Source of the DNA: Takakia lepidozioides
Taxonomy: Eukaryota > Plantae > Bryophyta
Length of the DNA stretch: 64,000 bases
NCBI GenBank assembly: GCA_030704615.1
Contig: CM060734.1
Location: forward strand, 23,374,001-23,438,000
Direction: 5' to 3'
Shown here: positions 1-13,229 of the stretch, one piece after another
Numbering within the stretch: position 1 is the stretch's first letter
Layout of the letters: each line of letters begins with the position of its first letter
The notes under the pieces: model-generated
Databases searched by the model: none
The model's input: the letters and a program-made list of their open reading frames with translations, nothing else
What the model was told of the DNA's origin: nothing
Program-made: the position numbers and the translations under genes

Positions 1-481
1 TTACTAAATTGTTTGGCGCTTTATGGGCCTATCGCACAGCTTTTAAAATCACTACTGGGCAAACCCCATTTCAATTGGTTTATGGATTGGAAGCTATCCT
101 CCCAGTGGAATTGGAACTCCCTACTTTGCGAATTATTATACATGAACGTCTTTCTGATGACGAGTCTTTGTCCTTATGCTTAGCCCGATTGGAACAATTG
201 GATGAAATTTGAAGGCAGGCGTTACAAAATATTGAAGTTATCCAAAGACGGCGGAAAGATTATTATGACAGCAGGCTCAAACCTAAATCCTTTAAAGTTA
301 ATGATTTGGTTCTTCTTTATGACAGTCGGTTCCAGAAGTTTCTTGGCAAGTTAAAAATGAGGTGGCTGGGCCCCTATCGAGTAAAAGAAGCATTATCTAA
401 TGGATCCGTCCAATTTCATGGGAAGGCGAGGATTTACCTACTCGCATTAATGGGGATCGAATAAAAATATACTATCATTAA
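1..481 (+). mobile_element. Ty3/Gypsy (Athila/Tat-like) integrase C-terminus, degenerate
   Basis: ALWAYRTAFKITTGQTPFQLVYG, then after an in-frame stop VLLYDSRFQKFLGKLKMRWLGPY (GPY/F motif). Confidence 0.9.
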
Positions 482-539
482 TCCCGAGGGCGGGATTAAT
501 AATAAAAGGGGGGGAATTCTTCATTAATTCAGTCATTAC

Positions 540-830
540 TTAGTATTCAATATTCAATATTCATTCTTCAATATCCAATATTCATTACTCAATATCCATT
601 CTTCGATATTCAGTATTCAATTATAACTACCTGTTCTTCAATATTCAATAGTCAATTATAACGACATGTTCTTCGATATTCAGTATTCAATTATTCATTT
701 ATAACTACCTGATATCGTTCTCTAAATATTCAATATTCATATTCAACTTTAACTACTGCATCTTCATCATTTATTATTCACTATTCAATACTTAACTACC
801 TATTATATAATATTTAAACTGTCCAATAAT
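540..830. repeat. AT-rich degenerate short tandem repeat (TATTCAA/TATTCAG units) in the retroelement 3' region
   Basis: Many tattcaa/tattcag/ttcttcgatattcag copies. Confidence 0.7.
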
Positions 831-1052
831 AATTTATTCTTTCTGACCAGGATATCTTTTAGAGATTATTATTATTTTCATAATAATATGTATTTTTGTA
901 TTAGTCTTTAGACGGTTAAGGCGGTTATAATTTTAAGATTTTTAGTTTTCTTTCTCTCATAAGTTGAAAAGGGGGATATGGTGAGAGATAGGAGCGGGGC
1001 AACCTCCTTATAAATATTTCTTTCTTGAGATATCTTTGAAACAAATTATAAG

Positions 1053-1517
1053 ATGTTAAGCAAATACATGACGATTGAGAGAAGAGCAAGTGAGGATGTA
1101 GAGTTGTCAACAATACCGATGAAGGTGGTGAAATCAATAGAGGGATTGAACGTGGATGCTTTATTACTGGGGCCAGAGCAGCGTCAATTGTTTAGACGGG
1201 CTGGATTGTATGAATTTTTGCAATGGTCCAGGCAATTACCAAACTCTTCTACTTTGATCAGTGAATTCATGCATAATTATAATACCATAGATGGAGAGAG
1301 CAAAGTAGGAGATAAGACGATCTTGGTGAGTGCTGAGATGCTCCACAAGATCATGTTTCTACCAATTTCAGACATGCATGTGGAAAGCGAGAGGTTCAAA
1401 GAAATGGAAGATCCGGGGAAATTTTTCCAGAAAGGCTCTTTAAGTCCAAAACATTCAAATGGTTGGGACGGTGGCCGAGGAGGGCGTGATTTGAAGCCAA
1501 TCTATTTGGAAGGATGA
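1053..1517 (+). pseudogene. Probable extra 3' ORF of the Athila/Tat-like element (truncated)
   Basis: Same strand as and downstream of the integrase; GLYEFL...LISEFMHNY resembles the LVxEFYxN motif of Athila-type accessory ORFs. Confidence 0.45.
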
Positions 1518-3360
1518 GGGTTTTGTGGAATAGTAGGTGGTCTTCTGATAACGGCTAAAGTGCTAGGATCTACTTCACACTCTCCGGCCACGAGGCAGAA
1601 ATGGCTAAGTGCTCGGCACTTTCAAAAACAGCAGAGGACGGGCCACACCACCACGTGGAGCAGTAGTGGGGAGTGTAGCAGCCATGGGCTGTGAACCACG
1701 ATATCACACGACCACGTCGCAATTAGGCTTATTGGTAGGAGAAGTAGTGAGGGACCGTGGGCCGCCCCTGTACCACTAAGGCACACGACACACGATACGC
1801 AGCCACTACACGGGCCACTTTTTTGGCAAAACCTTTTTAGGTTTGCGTAGGCAGTTAGCAACAGACAGTAACGACCGTTATAGATGTAAAATGGCTCTTT
1901 CGAGCAGAGTAGAAAAGGACTGCACGTAACTTAGGAAATATCAGTGTATCAGTGTGGAATCAGAGCGATTCAATGTGTACTTATGCTATGATGTGGGGAC
2001 TCTGAAGTAAAGCCATGTTTTCCAAGTATACCATGTGTAGAGTGATGTGAGATGGAGAGAATGTGTATCATCTGAATGGATCTTCTTTGCGATTGCATAG
2101 ACTGCTGTAGGCTTAGATAGAACTTAAAATCACAGGTGTAGTAATACAACTACGCCTAAGTTCCTAGCATGACTGATTAGTTACCAGACTTAAGCGGTAC
2201 CAGGGATGTTGATTCATGGAACACGAGTAAGCCCATTTCACCTAAGTCATGAAGCAGCGGTTAATATTTGGCGACCATACTGGGGACTAACGGTATGTTG
2301 AGTTCCAGTGAACTCAAGGAAGGATGTCTACTCAGTGATTTCCTGAAACCACGAGAGAACGAGTTAGCAGAAGCAAAGGAATGGAAAGCATGCTGGGAAA
2401 GTTTCACGGATTACCAGTAGCAACACAACAGAGGATCTTTCTTTCAATTGCCAACTGAACTTAATGAATCTTTAAAAGCTTTGAGTGTTATTCGGGTGAC
2501 TTTCTGTGGAGAAGCAGTTTCAATTATTTCATCTTCTTCAATAAAAAGATCCTCAAAACTTTTCTCCAATAACTCCGTAAAACCTCGATTTGGGCTTGTT
2601 ACTGTGGAAGGTGCTTCAGATCTTTCTTGTGGTAACCATTCGTTGAGTGTATTACTAGTTCCTTCTGGTGTGGTATTTTCAGTTTCTAGAGATCTGGTCT
2701 CTCGATCTTCTGGATTATTAGTGTCAGCTTGTCCTGATGTCTCTCATTGAAGAATATTAAGCATCTGTAGTTCTGGGAATTCTACTCTCAATCAAGCTTC
2801 CCTTTCCGATGCGTATCTTACTAATCTCTCAGACTATATCGGCTTAGCTTTCCTATTTTTCATTTGTAAGTAAAAAAAATTATAGTGGTCCCTACCCTTT
2901 CTTCAAGATTACCACATCCTGTCAGAATCCATAGCACAACTTAATCTTTCCTTACCGATGGTCACCATCCTTTTAATGGGTTACAAGATAATACCATTTG
3001 TCCTTCTCAGTGTAGTTGACTTGTAACAAGTCTTTGGGTATCTAGTACTCTACTGCTTCTATGATCATATGACAATATTCATAGTTTGAACACCATTCCT
3101 TGAAAACATAACTAGTGTAGCATACTTTTCTGATTGGTAACAGAGTAATCAATAAAGCCCGACGAGAAAGCCAATCTTCACTCTAATTCCACACTCCCAA
3201 GGTGCTCAGTGCAATATCGATTACTCTCCCTTCAATCCCCACGTTATCTCGGGGGAGGAAGGCAAAGTCAGGTGTACTGACTCCACATCACGAAAGAAGA
3301 TCAGAACAAGTCACTAGTCCACCACGAGTAGCACGTGGAACATCACTCAGTGGGAAGGAG

Positions 3361-3860
3361 NNNNNNNNNNNNNNNNNNNNNNNNNNNNNNNNNNNNNNNN
3401 NNNNNNNNNNNNNNNNNNNNNNNNNNNNNNNNNNNNNNNNNNNNNNNNNNNNNNNNNNNNNNNNNNNNNNNNNNNNNNNNNNNNNNNNNNNNNNNNNNNN
3501 NNNNNNNNNNNNNNNNNNNNNNNNNNNNNNNNNNNNNNNNNNNNNNNNNNNNNNNNNNNNNNNNNNNNNNNNNNNNNNNNNNNNNNNNNNNNNNNNNNNN
3601 NNNNNNNNNNNNNNNNNNNNNNNNNNNNNNNNNNNNNNNNNNNNNNNNNNNNNNNNNNNNNNNNNNNNNNNNNNNNNNNNNNNNNNNNNNNNNNNNNNNN
3701 NNNNNNNNNNNNNNNNNNNNNNNNNNNNNNNNNNNNNNNNNNNNNNNNNNNNNNNNNNNNNNNNNNNNNNNNNNNNNNNNNNNNNNNNNNNNNNNNNNNN
3801 NNNNNNNNNNNNNNNNNNNNNNNNNNNNNNNNNNNNNNNNNNNNNNNNNNNNNNNNNNNN
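3361..3860. other. Assembly gap (500 N)
   Basis: Run of N. Confidence 1.
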
Positions 3861-6800
3861 ATCTACTCTCCATTAGTTAGTCGGCGACTTCCAAGTCCCG
3901 GCCAAGGTGGAGCCTCTCAAGCTCCTCCCAGTGCACTCTTCTGGCCCACTCACGGCCAAGGAACGATCTTCCCAGGATCGAATTACCTTACTGCAACCAA
4001 TTGCTTGCGACCCGCTCATGATGCCGTTTTGGCATACCTTGATGTTCAGACTTGGGTTCAACTTGAACCCTGTTTTAACTAGAAAAAAACCTTGAACCAA
4101 TCGTGTGCCCCAATCACTACAATTAGGTCCGCCTTGAAATGATGGCCTGAGGTACGGGAAACACGCCGACGAAGCCGCATTACAACTTGGTCCGAGGATA
4201 CATGATTATGTACGTGAACGGAAGCCTAGCTTCCGTGTTAGCCCGCACTACAAGACAACCCCTCGTTAGCGCAAGTTAGTTAGTTATAGTACGCGCACGT
4301 GCAGGTGCGCTATAACACGTGAACTCCAAAGAATAAATGCGCAAGTTTCATTGCCCTTGGATGGGAGTCACCGATTTTGGCACTACGCAAACACCACAAA
4401 TTAGGTCGGAAGACGGTGCTCATCTTGAGCCTCGTCCCCATATTCTTCCAAAGTGCTCTCCAGAATTTACTCGTAAACTTTGGATCGCGGTCCGAGACAA
4501 TATCCTTCGGGACTCCATGATGCTTTAAGACGTGGGCGAAGTAGTAAAAGTCGCCCTGTCTCCTGCGCCCTTGCCGTCTCCTTGGTGGGGATGAAATGCC
4601 ATTTTACTGAACCTATCTACCACCACCATGATTGCATCGAATCCTTTTGACAGCGGCATAGCAGTCATGAAATCCATCGAGACGCTTTCCCAAGTCCCCT
4701 CTGGAATCGGCAAGGTTGTTAAAAGCCCCGATTGCTTTTGTACTCGCTCCGGTTTTGTTGGCATGTGGTGCATGTCTTGACATACTCCTCTGCCTCCTTC
4801 CTCAGTTGGGCAGAATACTCTTTCTTCAGAGTGCCGCAGTGCGCTTGGCTCCACCGTGGCCCGCAAGCGGGCTATCATGGCATTCTCTCAAGAGAGACTA
4901 TCCCTGATCCTCCTTCGGCACGTAGAGACGTTTTTGCTTGTAACGGAGCAGTCCATTTTGCAAGTGGAACTGCGATTTTAACCCCACCTCAAGTCCTGCA
5001 CCACAGACTTCGCCGCTCATCCTTCGGCAAGCCTTTCGGATCTTCCTTTGGAGTGCCGTCTCGCCCTTGTACACCAACAAGAGTTGCTGCTTTCTACTTA
5101 AAGCATCGGCCACCACATTGTCCGTCACCGGTTTGTATTGGATATCCATGTCGAACATCGCTAAAGTGTCTTGCCACCTAAGTTGTTTAGGGGACAACTT
5201 AGGCTGCGTGGCAAAATACTTCACCGTGACGTTGTCTGTGAACACCTTCACCGGGTTGGAACCAATATAGTGGCGCCAAAGCTCGAGGCAATGTACCACC
5301 GCCTTCATTCTTTTCTCGTGCGTAGGCCACCTTTGCTCCACTTCATTCAGTTATTACTTTGTAAGCCACTGGACGTCCATCCTGCATGAGCACACCCCTA
5401 TTACGAAGTCCGACGCATCCGTATGAATCTCAAATGGACTGGTGAACTACGGGATTTGAGGAACGGAGCTTCCGCCATCCGCTTGCTTCAACTTGGTAAA
5501 AGGTTGGCCACAAAAGGTGTTCCATACCCAGACTTTGGACTTACACAGAAGGTCTGACAGCGGCCCCACGATCTTGGCGAAATTTCTCACATACTTCCGG
5601 TAATAGGAGGCGAGTCCTAGGAAAGATCACACTCCTGGGACCGAAGTTGGAGGCTCCCAGTCCAAGATCGCCCTCACCTTTCTGTCATCCATTTTGATCT
5701 CATCCTGTGTAATCACATGCCCCAAGAACTCCACTTTTGTGACCCCAAATTTGCACTTTGAAGCTTTGGCATACAGCTTCCCTTCCGCAATTTCTGGAAA
5801 ACCCTTTGAGGTTGCTCCAGGTGTTTTTTCCTTTGTTTTTAGTACACCAAGATGTAAGTCGATTAGTACACGATCACAAAGTCATCCAACCACTCCTAGA
5901 AAAGTTGTTGCATTAGCGTGTGTTAAAAGGTCATGGTGCGTTGGTGAGCCAAAAGGCATCACAAAGAACTCGTACGAACCATATCTTGTCCTGCACGCGG
6001 TCTTCTCTTCATCTCCTTCCGCCACTCAGATTTGATGGTAACCTGAGCGCAAATCAATCCGGCTGAAATACTTTGCTCCTGCCAACCTTGAAGAGGTCGT
6101 CGATTCTTGGCAAAGGGTACCGGTTTTTTATAGTCACCTTATTCAGAGCCCTGTAATCGACACACATCCGCAGCGTCCCATCCTTCTTGTCTGCGAATAG
6201 CACCGGGGCCCTGTAAGGTGACTTACTCGGCCGGATGTACCCCTTTGACATTAGATCCTTGAGCTGAGTCTTGAGCTCGATCAACTCTCTGTGCTAACCA
6301 GTAGGGCGCCTTGGCAGGCGGCTCCGATCCCGGTATCACCTCAATCTTGTGTCAACTCTCTTCGCGGTGGCAAGCCGCTTGGTAAATCCTCGGCATCAAT
6401 CCTGGTATTTCTCCAAATCCCCTTGATCCAATCTGGGCTCGGCTCCCTATCGCTTCTCCCTTCATTGTCTTACGTAAGCAAAACTAGGGCTCGTGTGGCT
6501 CCTCCACGGCCCACTCTTTTGCTGAAAGCACGTTTATTCGCCCTCCCACTAGGTTGGGCGTTTCCGACACTCATAAAACTTCGCCACCATTCCCACAAGG
6601 TAGCGTGACTATTCTCTTGCGGCCATCTATGACTCCTCCAGACTTGCCCAAAAAGGTCATCCCCAAAATGAGATCCACTCCATCGAGCTCGCAAATGGTG
6701 AGTTCTCACGTCCACCAACTCCCTCCCCCGCTGAAGAGGAAAATCGACGCCAAAACCTCACACCAATTGTGGTTCTCCTTTGGCAGAACGCACTTCAATA

Positions 6801-6993
6801 GAGGCCCCCACATCACTGTCGGGAGCCCCAGCTTCCGTGCTGTTGCCGGTGTATGAAGGAGTGCGACGCTCTTGTGTCCACCAACAACGACAAGTTAGTT
6901 CCGGAGATTATCCCACCACAACATTAACTGACTCTCTTTACGCAAGGTGCCAGTTTCCTGATACAATTCACAAGAGTAGTTGCCTACCTTACA

Positions 6994-7718
6994 TGTCGCG
7001 CACCTCACTTCGGTAAACTCCCCTTCAAGTCATAGTTACTCGCTTTGATGCGCGCGCCTGACTCCCAACCTGGCCGCCGGGCCAACTTGGAGCTTCGGCT
7101 GCTCACCGGGACATAACGGTCCCCTTTCGCTTCCCTCTAAAACCCTCCACCTAATTGGGACTAGGAGAATTCCCTTTGGTAGATGGCAGTCCGGAACAGC
7201 TCCCCACTCTTTGGTCGCTTTCCGGCTCGCTCGCTTACTCACTAGTTTTTGGTCACCAACGGGCTTGCACCGTTCTCGGGGTTACTACTCCCTATATATA
7301 CTTCTGTAGCTGTCCGCGGGGGTTTCACAACCAGCCATGCCATTTTATGGCGAACCACCACGAAAACCCTCGATTCCCGGTGGTGAGTCGCGGTGAGTCT
7401 TGGCCCGCTCACCACGGCCCCTATGGACCGTGATGAGTCCCAAGACTCCCCACGACTCCCACCACGAGGTCTCCGCCCCATGGTGAGTCCTATGCCACCC
7501 CCACTAAGTCCCACTAAGCTACCACCACCCCTTGTGGAGCCACCCCCACCGCAACCCGGTGTGCGGGGCTCCACCTAGTGAGCGCCTCCGCTTCCCTGAG
7601 TGCCTTGGGCACTCAAGGGTGCTTCAGCCCCCCATACCTATCGCTGCCGCTGCCCCCACCACAGGGGCAGCCCCTCATGTGTCCCGACCCCCTGCCCTCA
7701 AGGCAAAGGGCCGCGACA
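6994..7718 (-). repeat. 3' LTR of the inner chromovirus
   Basis: tgtcgcg...ccgcgaca, matches 13230-13954. Confidence 0.95.
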
Positions 7719-7730
7719 CACACCCCTACC
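7719..7730 (-). promoter_or_regulatory. Polypurine tract
   Basis: GGTAGGGGTGTG on the minus strand, abutting the 3' LTR. Confidence 0.8.
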
Positions 7731-8621
7731 AACAGGGAGTCGATGTCCTCATCGACTTGTCCATTTTGTAGAAACGAACATCCAAGTTGTGGCGTCCCAC
7801 ATCAAGGAGTTTGTTTCCGTACCATGGCGTCCCATGGCAAAGAACCAAACCCCACACTTGACTCTCTCCACTAGCTAGTTCGGCCGACTTCCTCCAAGTC
7901 CCGGCCAAGGGTGGAGCCTCTCCAGCTCCTCCCAGTGCACTCTTCTTGGCCTACTTCAAGGCCAAGGAACGATCCTCCCCGAGGATCGAATCGCCTTACT
8001 GCAACAACATTGCTTGCGATCGCTCATGATGCCGCTTTTGGCATCACCTTGAGCAAGGGTTCACCTGGAACCCTCTTTGACTAGGAAGATAACCTTGAAC
8101 TAACCGTGCGCCCCAATCACTACAATTGGGTCCGCCTTGGAATGCTGGCCTGAGGTACGGGAACGCGCCAAAGCCGCACTACGACTTCGTCCCGAGGCTA
8201 CACGATTATAGTACGTGAACGGAAGCACGTAGCTTCCGCGTTAGCCCGCACTACAAGGCAACCCCCTCGGTAGCGCAGTTATAGTACGCGCACGCGCCAG
8301 GTGCGCACTAGCACGTGAACTCCCAAAGAAGGCGCAAGTTTCCTTGCCCCTTGGATGGAAGTCACCCGATTTCGGCACTGCGCAAACACACGATTAACCC
8401 AATTTACCTCTCCCACTTTTGTAAGCTAGCATGCATTCTACACACTAGCCAACCACACCATGCATCACCATTCCAAACACAATAAGACGCACAATATTTG
8501 GAACCCATTTCCTTTATAACAAATTTTTGTACAATACAAGTTTTTGCAATCGGATTCCTGAGCTAGCTAAACCGGGCTAAGCATGCATTTCCTCCCCCAC
8601 GCTCCAAGGTTGATGTCCCCA

Positions 8622-11600
8622 TCAACGCTTCTTCCGCTTTTGAGGTCGCCCTTCGAAAGCTGCAACCGCCTCGGATGCGTTTCCCATTTCTGAGGCACGC
8701 ACCCAAGATGCCTCCACATGATGATAGCCCTTCCATTTGACGAGATACTCCGTTTCTCGGTTCCTGAACCTCCTCGACTTAAGTATTGCCTCCACCTCGT
8801 ACTCAGGTTCATTTTCATGATCCAACAGCATAGGTGGCGGACGCAACACTTGATGCCGATTCGGACGCGCTTCATCTTTGAAGTAAGGCTTCAAAAGGGA
8901 GACATGGAATACTGGGTGCACCTTGCTGTTTGCCGGCAGCTCCAATTCATACACATCCTCATTCATAACCTTCCGAATGCGAAAGGGTCCCGCATACGGA
9001 GACGAACTTCGGACTCACTTCCGGAGGTAGTCGGAAATTCTTGATGTTCAACCAGACCTCTGTGCCTGCCTCAAACTTCACTTCCCTCCGCTTCCGATTC
9101 GCCTGCCTTTCATACCGTTTCCTAGCTTTGGCAATATTGTACTTTGCGAGCTTCAACAAACGCTCGCGTTCTTCCAGTACCGCCGCTACTGCCGGTTCCT
9201 CAACGTCCTGGGCGGCCCAACTTGTCGGCACCAGAGGTGCTTTTCCATAGACCAACACGAAAGGGGAAACTCCCGTTGCGGAGTGTTCTGTGTTATTATA
9301 ACAGAACTCTGCCGCGTCTAAGTGTTCCATCCAGTCTGATTGGTCTGCCGACACGTAATTCCGCAAGATTGCTTCACTACGGAATTCACTCTTTCCGTTT
9401 GGCCGTCAGTCGTAGGTCGGAAGGCGGTGCTCATCTTCAGCCTCGTCCCCATCTTCTTCCAAAGTGCTCTCCAGAATTTACTCGTAAACTTTGGATCGCG
9501 GTCCGAGACAATATCCTTCGGGACTCCATGATGCTTTAAGACGTGGGCGAAGTAAAGTCGCCCTGTCTCCTGCGCCGTTGCCGTCTCCTTGGTGGGGATG
9601 AAATGGCCCATTTTACTGAACCTATCTACCACCACCATGATTGCATCGAATCCTTTTGACAGCGGCATAGCAGTCATGAAATCCATCGAGACGCTTTCCC
9701 AAGTCCCCTCTGGAATCGGCAAGGGTTGTAACAGCCCCGCTTGCTTTTTGTACTCGCTCCGGTTTTGTTGGCATGTGGTGCATGTCTTGACATACTCCTC
9801 TGCCTCCTCCCTCAGTTTGGGCCAGAAATACTCTTTCTTCAAGAGTGCCGCAGTGCGCTTGGCTCCACCGTGGCCCGCAAGCGGGCTATCATGGCATTCT
9901 CTCAAGAGACTATCCCTGATCCTTCCCTTCGGCACGTAGAGACGCTTTTGCTTATACCGGAGCAGTCCATTTTGCAAGTGGAACTGCGATTTAACCCCCA
10001 TCCTCAAGTCCTGCATCACGGACTTCGCCAGCTCATCCTTCCGGCAAGCCTTCCGGATCTTCCTTTGGAGCGCCGTCTCGCCCTTGTACACCAACAAGAG
10101 TTGCTGCTTTCTACTTAAAGCATCGGCCACCACATTGTCCCGTCCCGGTTTGTACTGGATATCCACGTCGAACACTGCCAAAGTATCTTGCCACCTAAGT
10201 TGTTTTGGGGACAACTTGGGCTGCGTGGAAAATACTTCACCGTGACATTGTCCGTGAACACCTTCACTGGGTTGGAACCAACATAGTGGCGCCAGAGCTG
10301 AAGGCAATGCACCACCGCCTTCATCTCTTTTTCGTGCGTCGGCCACCGTCGCTCCACTTCATTCAGTTTCTTACTTTCGTAAGCCACTAGACGTCCATCT
10401 TGCATAAGTACACCCCCAATCGCGAAGTCCGACGCATCTGTATGAATCTCAAATGGACGATCGAACTCCGGGATTTTCAAGACTGGAGCTTCCGCCATCC
10501 GCTGCTTCAATTCAGCAAAAGCTTGGCCACAAAAGGTGTTCCATGCCCAGACTTTAGATTTACACAGAAGGTCTGACAGCGGCCCCGCAATCTTGGCGAA
10601 ATTTCTCACATACTTCCGGTAATAGGAGGCGAGTCCTAGGAAAGATCGCACTCCCGGGACCGAAGTCGGAGGCTCCCAGTCCAAGATCGCCCTCACCTTT
10701 CTGTCATCAATTTTGATCCCATCCTGTGTAATCACATGCCCCAAGAACTCCACTTTCGTGACCCCGAATTCGCACTTTGAAGCTTTGGCATACAGCTTCC
10801 CTTCTCGCAATTTTTGGAACACCCTTTTGAAGTGCTCCAGGTGCTCCTCCTTTGTTTTCGAGTACACCAAGATGTCGTCGATGTACACGATCACAAAGTC
10901 ATCCAACCACTCCTGGAAAAGGCTGTTCATCAGCGTGCTAAATGTCGCTGGTGCATTGGTGAGCCCAAAAGGCATCACCAAGAACTCATATGAACCATAC
11001 CTTGTCCTGCACGCGGTCTTCTCCTCATCTCCTTCCGCCACCCGAATTTGGTGATATCCGGAGCGCAAGTCGATCCGGCTGAAATACTTCGCTCCTGCCA
11101 ACCGATCGAAGAGGTCGTCGATCCTCGGCAAAGGGTACCGGTTTTTGATAGTCGCCTTATTCAGAGCCCTGTAATCGACACACATCCGCAGCGTCCCATC
11201 CTTCTTGTCTGCGAATAGCACCGGGGCTCCGTAAGGTGACTTACTCGGCCGGATGTACCCCTTTGACATTAGATCCTTGAGCTGAGTCTTCAGCTCGACC
11301 AACTCTCTGTGGCTCAACCGGTAGGGCGCCTTGGCAGGGTTCCGATCCCGGTATCACCTCAATCTTGTGGTCAACTCCTCTTCGCGGTGGCAAGCCGCTT
11401 GGTAAATCCTCCGGCATCACATCCTGGTATTTCTCCAAAATCCCCTTGATCCAATCTGGGCTCGGTTCCCCATCGCCTTCTCCTTTCACTTCTCTAATGT
11501 AAAGCAAAAACTGGGGCTCGTGTGGCTCCTCCACGGCCCACTCCTTTGCTATAGAAGGTTTATTTGCCCTCCCACGGATTTGGGCGTTTCAGACACTCGT

Positions 11601-13174
11601 AAAACCTCGCCACCATTCACACATGGCAGCGTGACTACTCTCTTGCAGCCATCTATGACCGCTCCGGATTTGCTCAAAAAGGTCATCCCCAAAATGAGAT
11701 CCACTCCATCGATCTCGCAGATGGTGAAGTTCTCACGTCCCTCCCAACTCCCCAGTTGAAGAGGAACATCAATCGCCAACCTTGTCGCCAACTGTGGTTC
11801 TCCTTTGGCAGAACGCACCTCAATAGAGGCCCCAACGTCACTTGTCGGGAGTCCCAGCTTTTGTGCCGTTGCCGGTGTCATGAAGGAGTGCGACGCTCCT
11901 GTGTCCACCAACAACGACACATTAGTTCCGGATATTATCCCATCCACGAACAATAACTGACTCCCTTTTCGTAAGGTGCCAGTTTCCTGATACAACTCAC
12001 AAGAAAATTTGCCTACCTTGCAAGTCCTGGCGACCACCGCTTCCACCAAGCGACTGATGGTATCTTCCGACAGCTCCGTGGTTGCCCGAGTCATGTTCAA
12101 TTGTCGGGGCTTCGTGCACTTCTTGGCCATGTGCCCGGGCTCCCGCAATTGAAACACACTCCATCAAAGGTCGCCTTCTGTCCGCCATAAGCCGCTCCAC
12201 CCGCTTTTCCTTTCGAAGCACCGGGTGCCGCCTTGACGTGTGAAGGCCCTCCCTTCGATTTCCACGTGCCATTTTGCCGCGTGGCCTATCCCACTTCTTT
12301 TCCGGTCGGAAGGAGTCACCTTCCCGCCGAATCTTCTTATGGTTCAGCTCCGTACGGCCTTGTCTTTCACCCTTAGGGACATCCGAGAAACATTCAACCC
12401 TCTCAATTGCCTCGTTCAAAGTCTTGGGTGGCTTCTCCTCCAACTTCCGCCTGGCCCATGGGGCCAGTCCCGCCACAAAGTTGAAGACCATTTCTGGTTC
12501 TGCCATGTCCGCGACTTCGAGCAACAGCACATTGAAAGCCTGGACATACCCCCGAATGTCATCTGTTTGCTTCAAATTCCTCATCTTGTCCCGGGCAAGC
12601 CAGGACGCGTTGAGGGGCACAAATGTCTCTTCAACAATTCCTTGAACCCACTCCAGTTCAAGGTTTCTGGACTTGGACCTCGGTCGTGAAGGCGTTTCTG
12701 CCACCATTGTTGAGCATAGCCCCTCAAATAGGTGGGAGCCACTTCCACGCGATCCTCGTCACTCAACTTGGCCGCCCGGAAGTACTGCTCCAGCTCCAAG
12801 AGCCAGGTGTTGAGTGCCTTCCGATTTCGGACGCCCTCGAAGGTGCCGGGTTCCTTAGGCTTCACCTTAAACTTTGCCTTAGTGGAAGTGGCATTAGCCG
12901 CCTTCAACACGTCTTTCAACGTCCCGCCAAACTGCGCCAACAACCCTTCCCAAAAGGCTGCCGGCATGGGAGACATCTCTTGGTTTGTCGGAGCTCTCAA
13001 GGATTCCTCGGGCTCTGACTCCTCGGATTCCTCCCGCTCTTGGGCGGCCTCGTTTTTGGAAACATGCATCGTTTCCTCAAACGGCCGCCTCGGTGACACG
13101 CCGCCCCCATCGGGCTCACCGGGATCATCATCTTTTGGGCCGTTCCGCTTTCGCTTCGGCTTGCCCGACCCCAT
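8622..13174 (-). CDS. Gag-Pol polyprotein with chromodomain (several frameshifts, real or sequencing errors)
   Basis: Zn knuckle CFNC..GH...C, protease [16 protein letters not shown], RNase H DASD, integrase H-H-C-C and core, chromodomain YEVEAIL...EYLVKWKGY...SW. Confidence 0.93.
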
Positions 13175-13215
13175 GATGAGGCCAATCCCAAGGACGATCG
13201 CGTACTGAACTCTAA

Positions 13216-13227
13216 GCTCTGATACCA
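13216..13227 (-). promoter_or_regulatory. Primer-binding site (tRNA-iMet)
   Basis: TGGTATCAGAGC 2 nt inside the 5' LTR. Confidence 0.93.
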
Positions 13228-13229
13228 AG

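Noticed and set aside
3135-3146. tggtaacagagt as a tRNA-Met PBS
   Set aside because: Mismatched, with no adjacent LTR end or gag.
1520-3360. Possible LTR or ORF remnants
   Set aside because: No recognisable motif, terminal repeat or second copy in the window.
3202-3880. Long ORFs spanning the N run
   Set aside because: Artefacts of the assembly gap.
3861-6993. Assembly duplication of the inner chromovirus
   Set aside because: The TSD and the continuity with gag at 13955 show a genuine separate older copy, although some indels near the gap may be errors.
7036-7908. Short ORFs in the LTRs (also at 13261-13950 and 63253-63955)
   Set aside because: GC-rich LTR sequence with no protein motifs.
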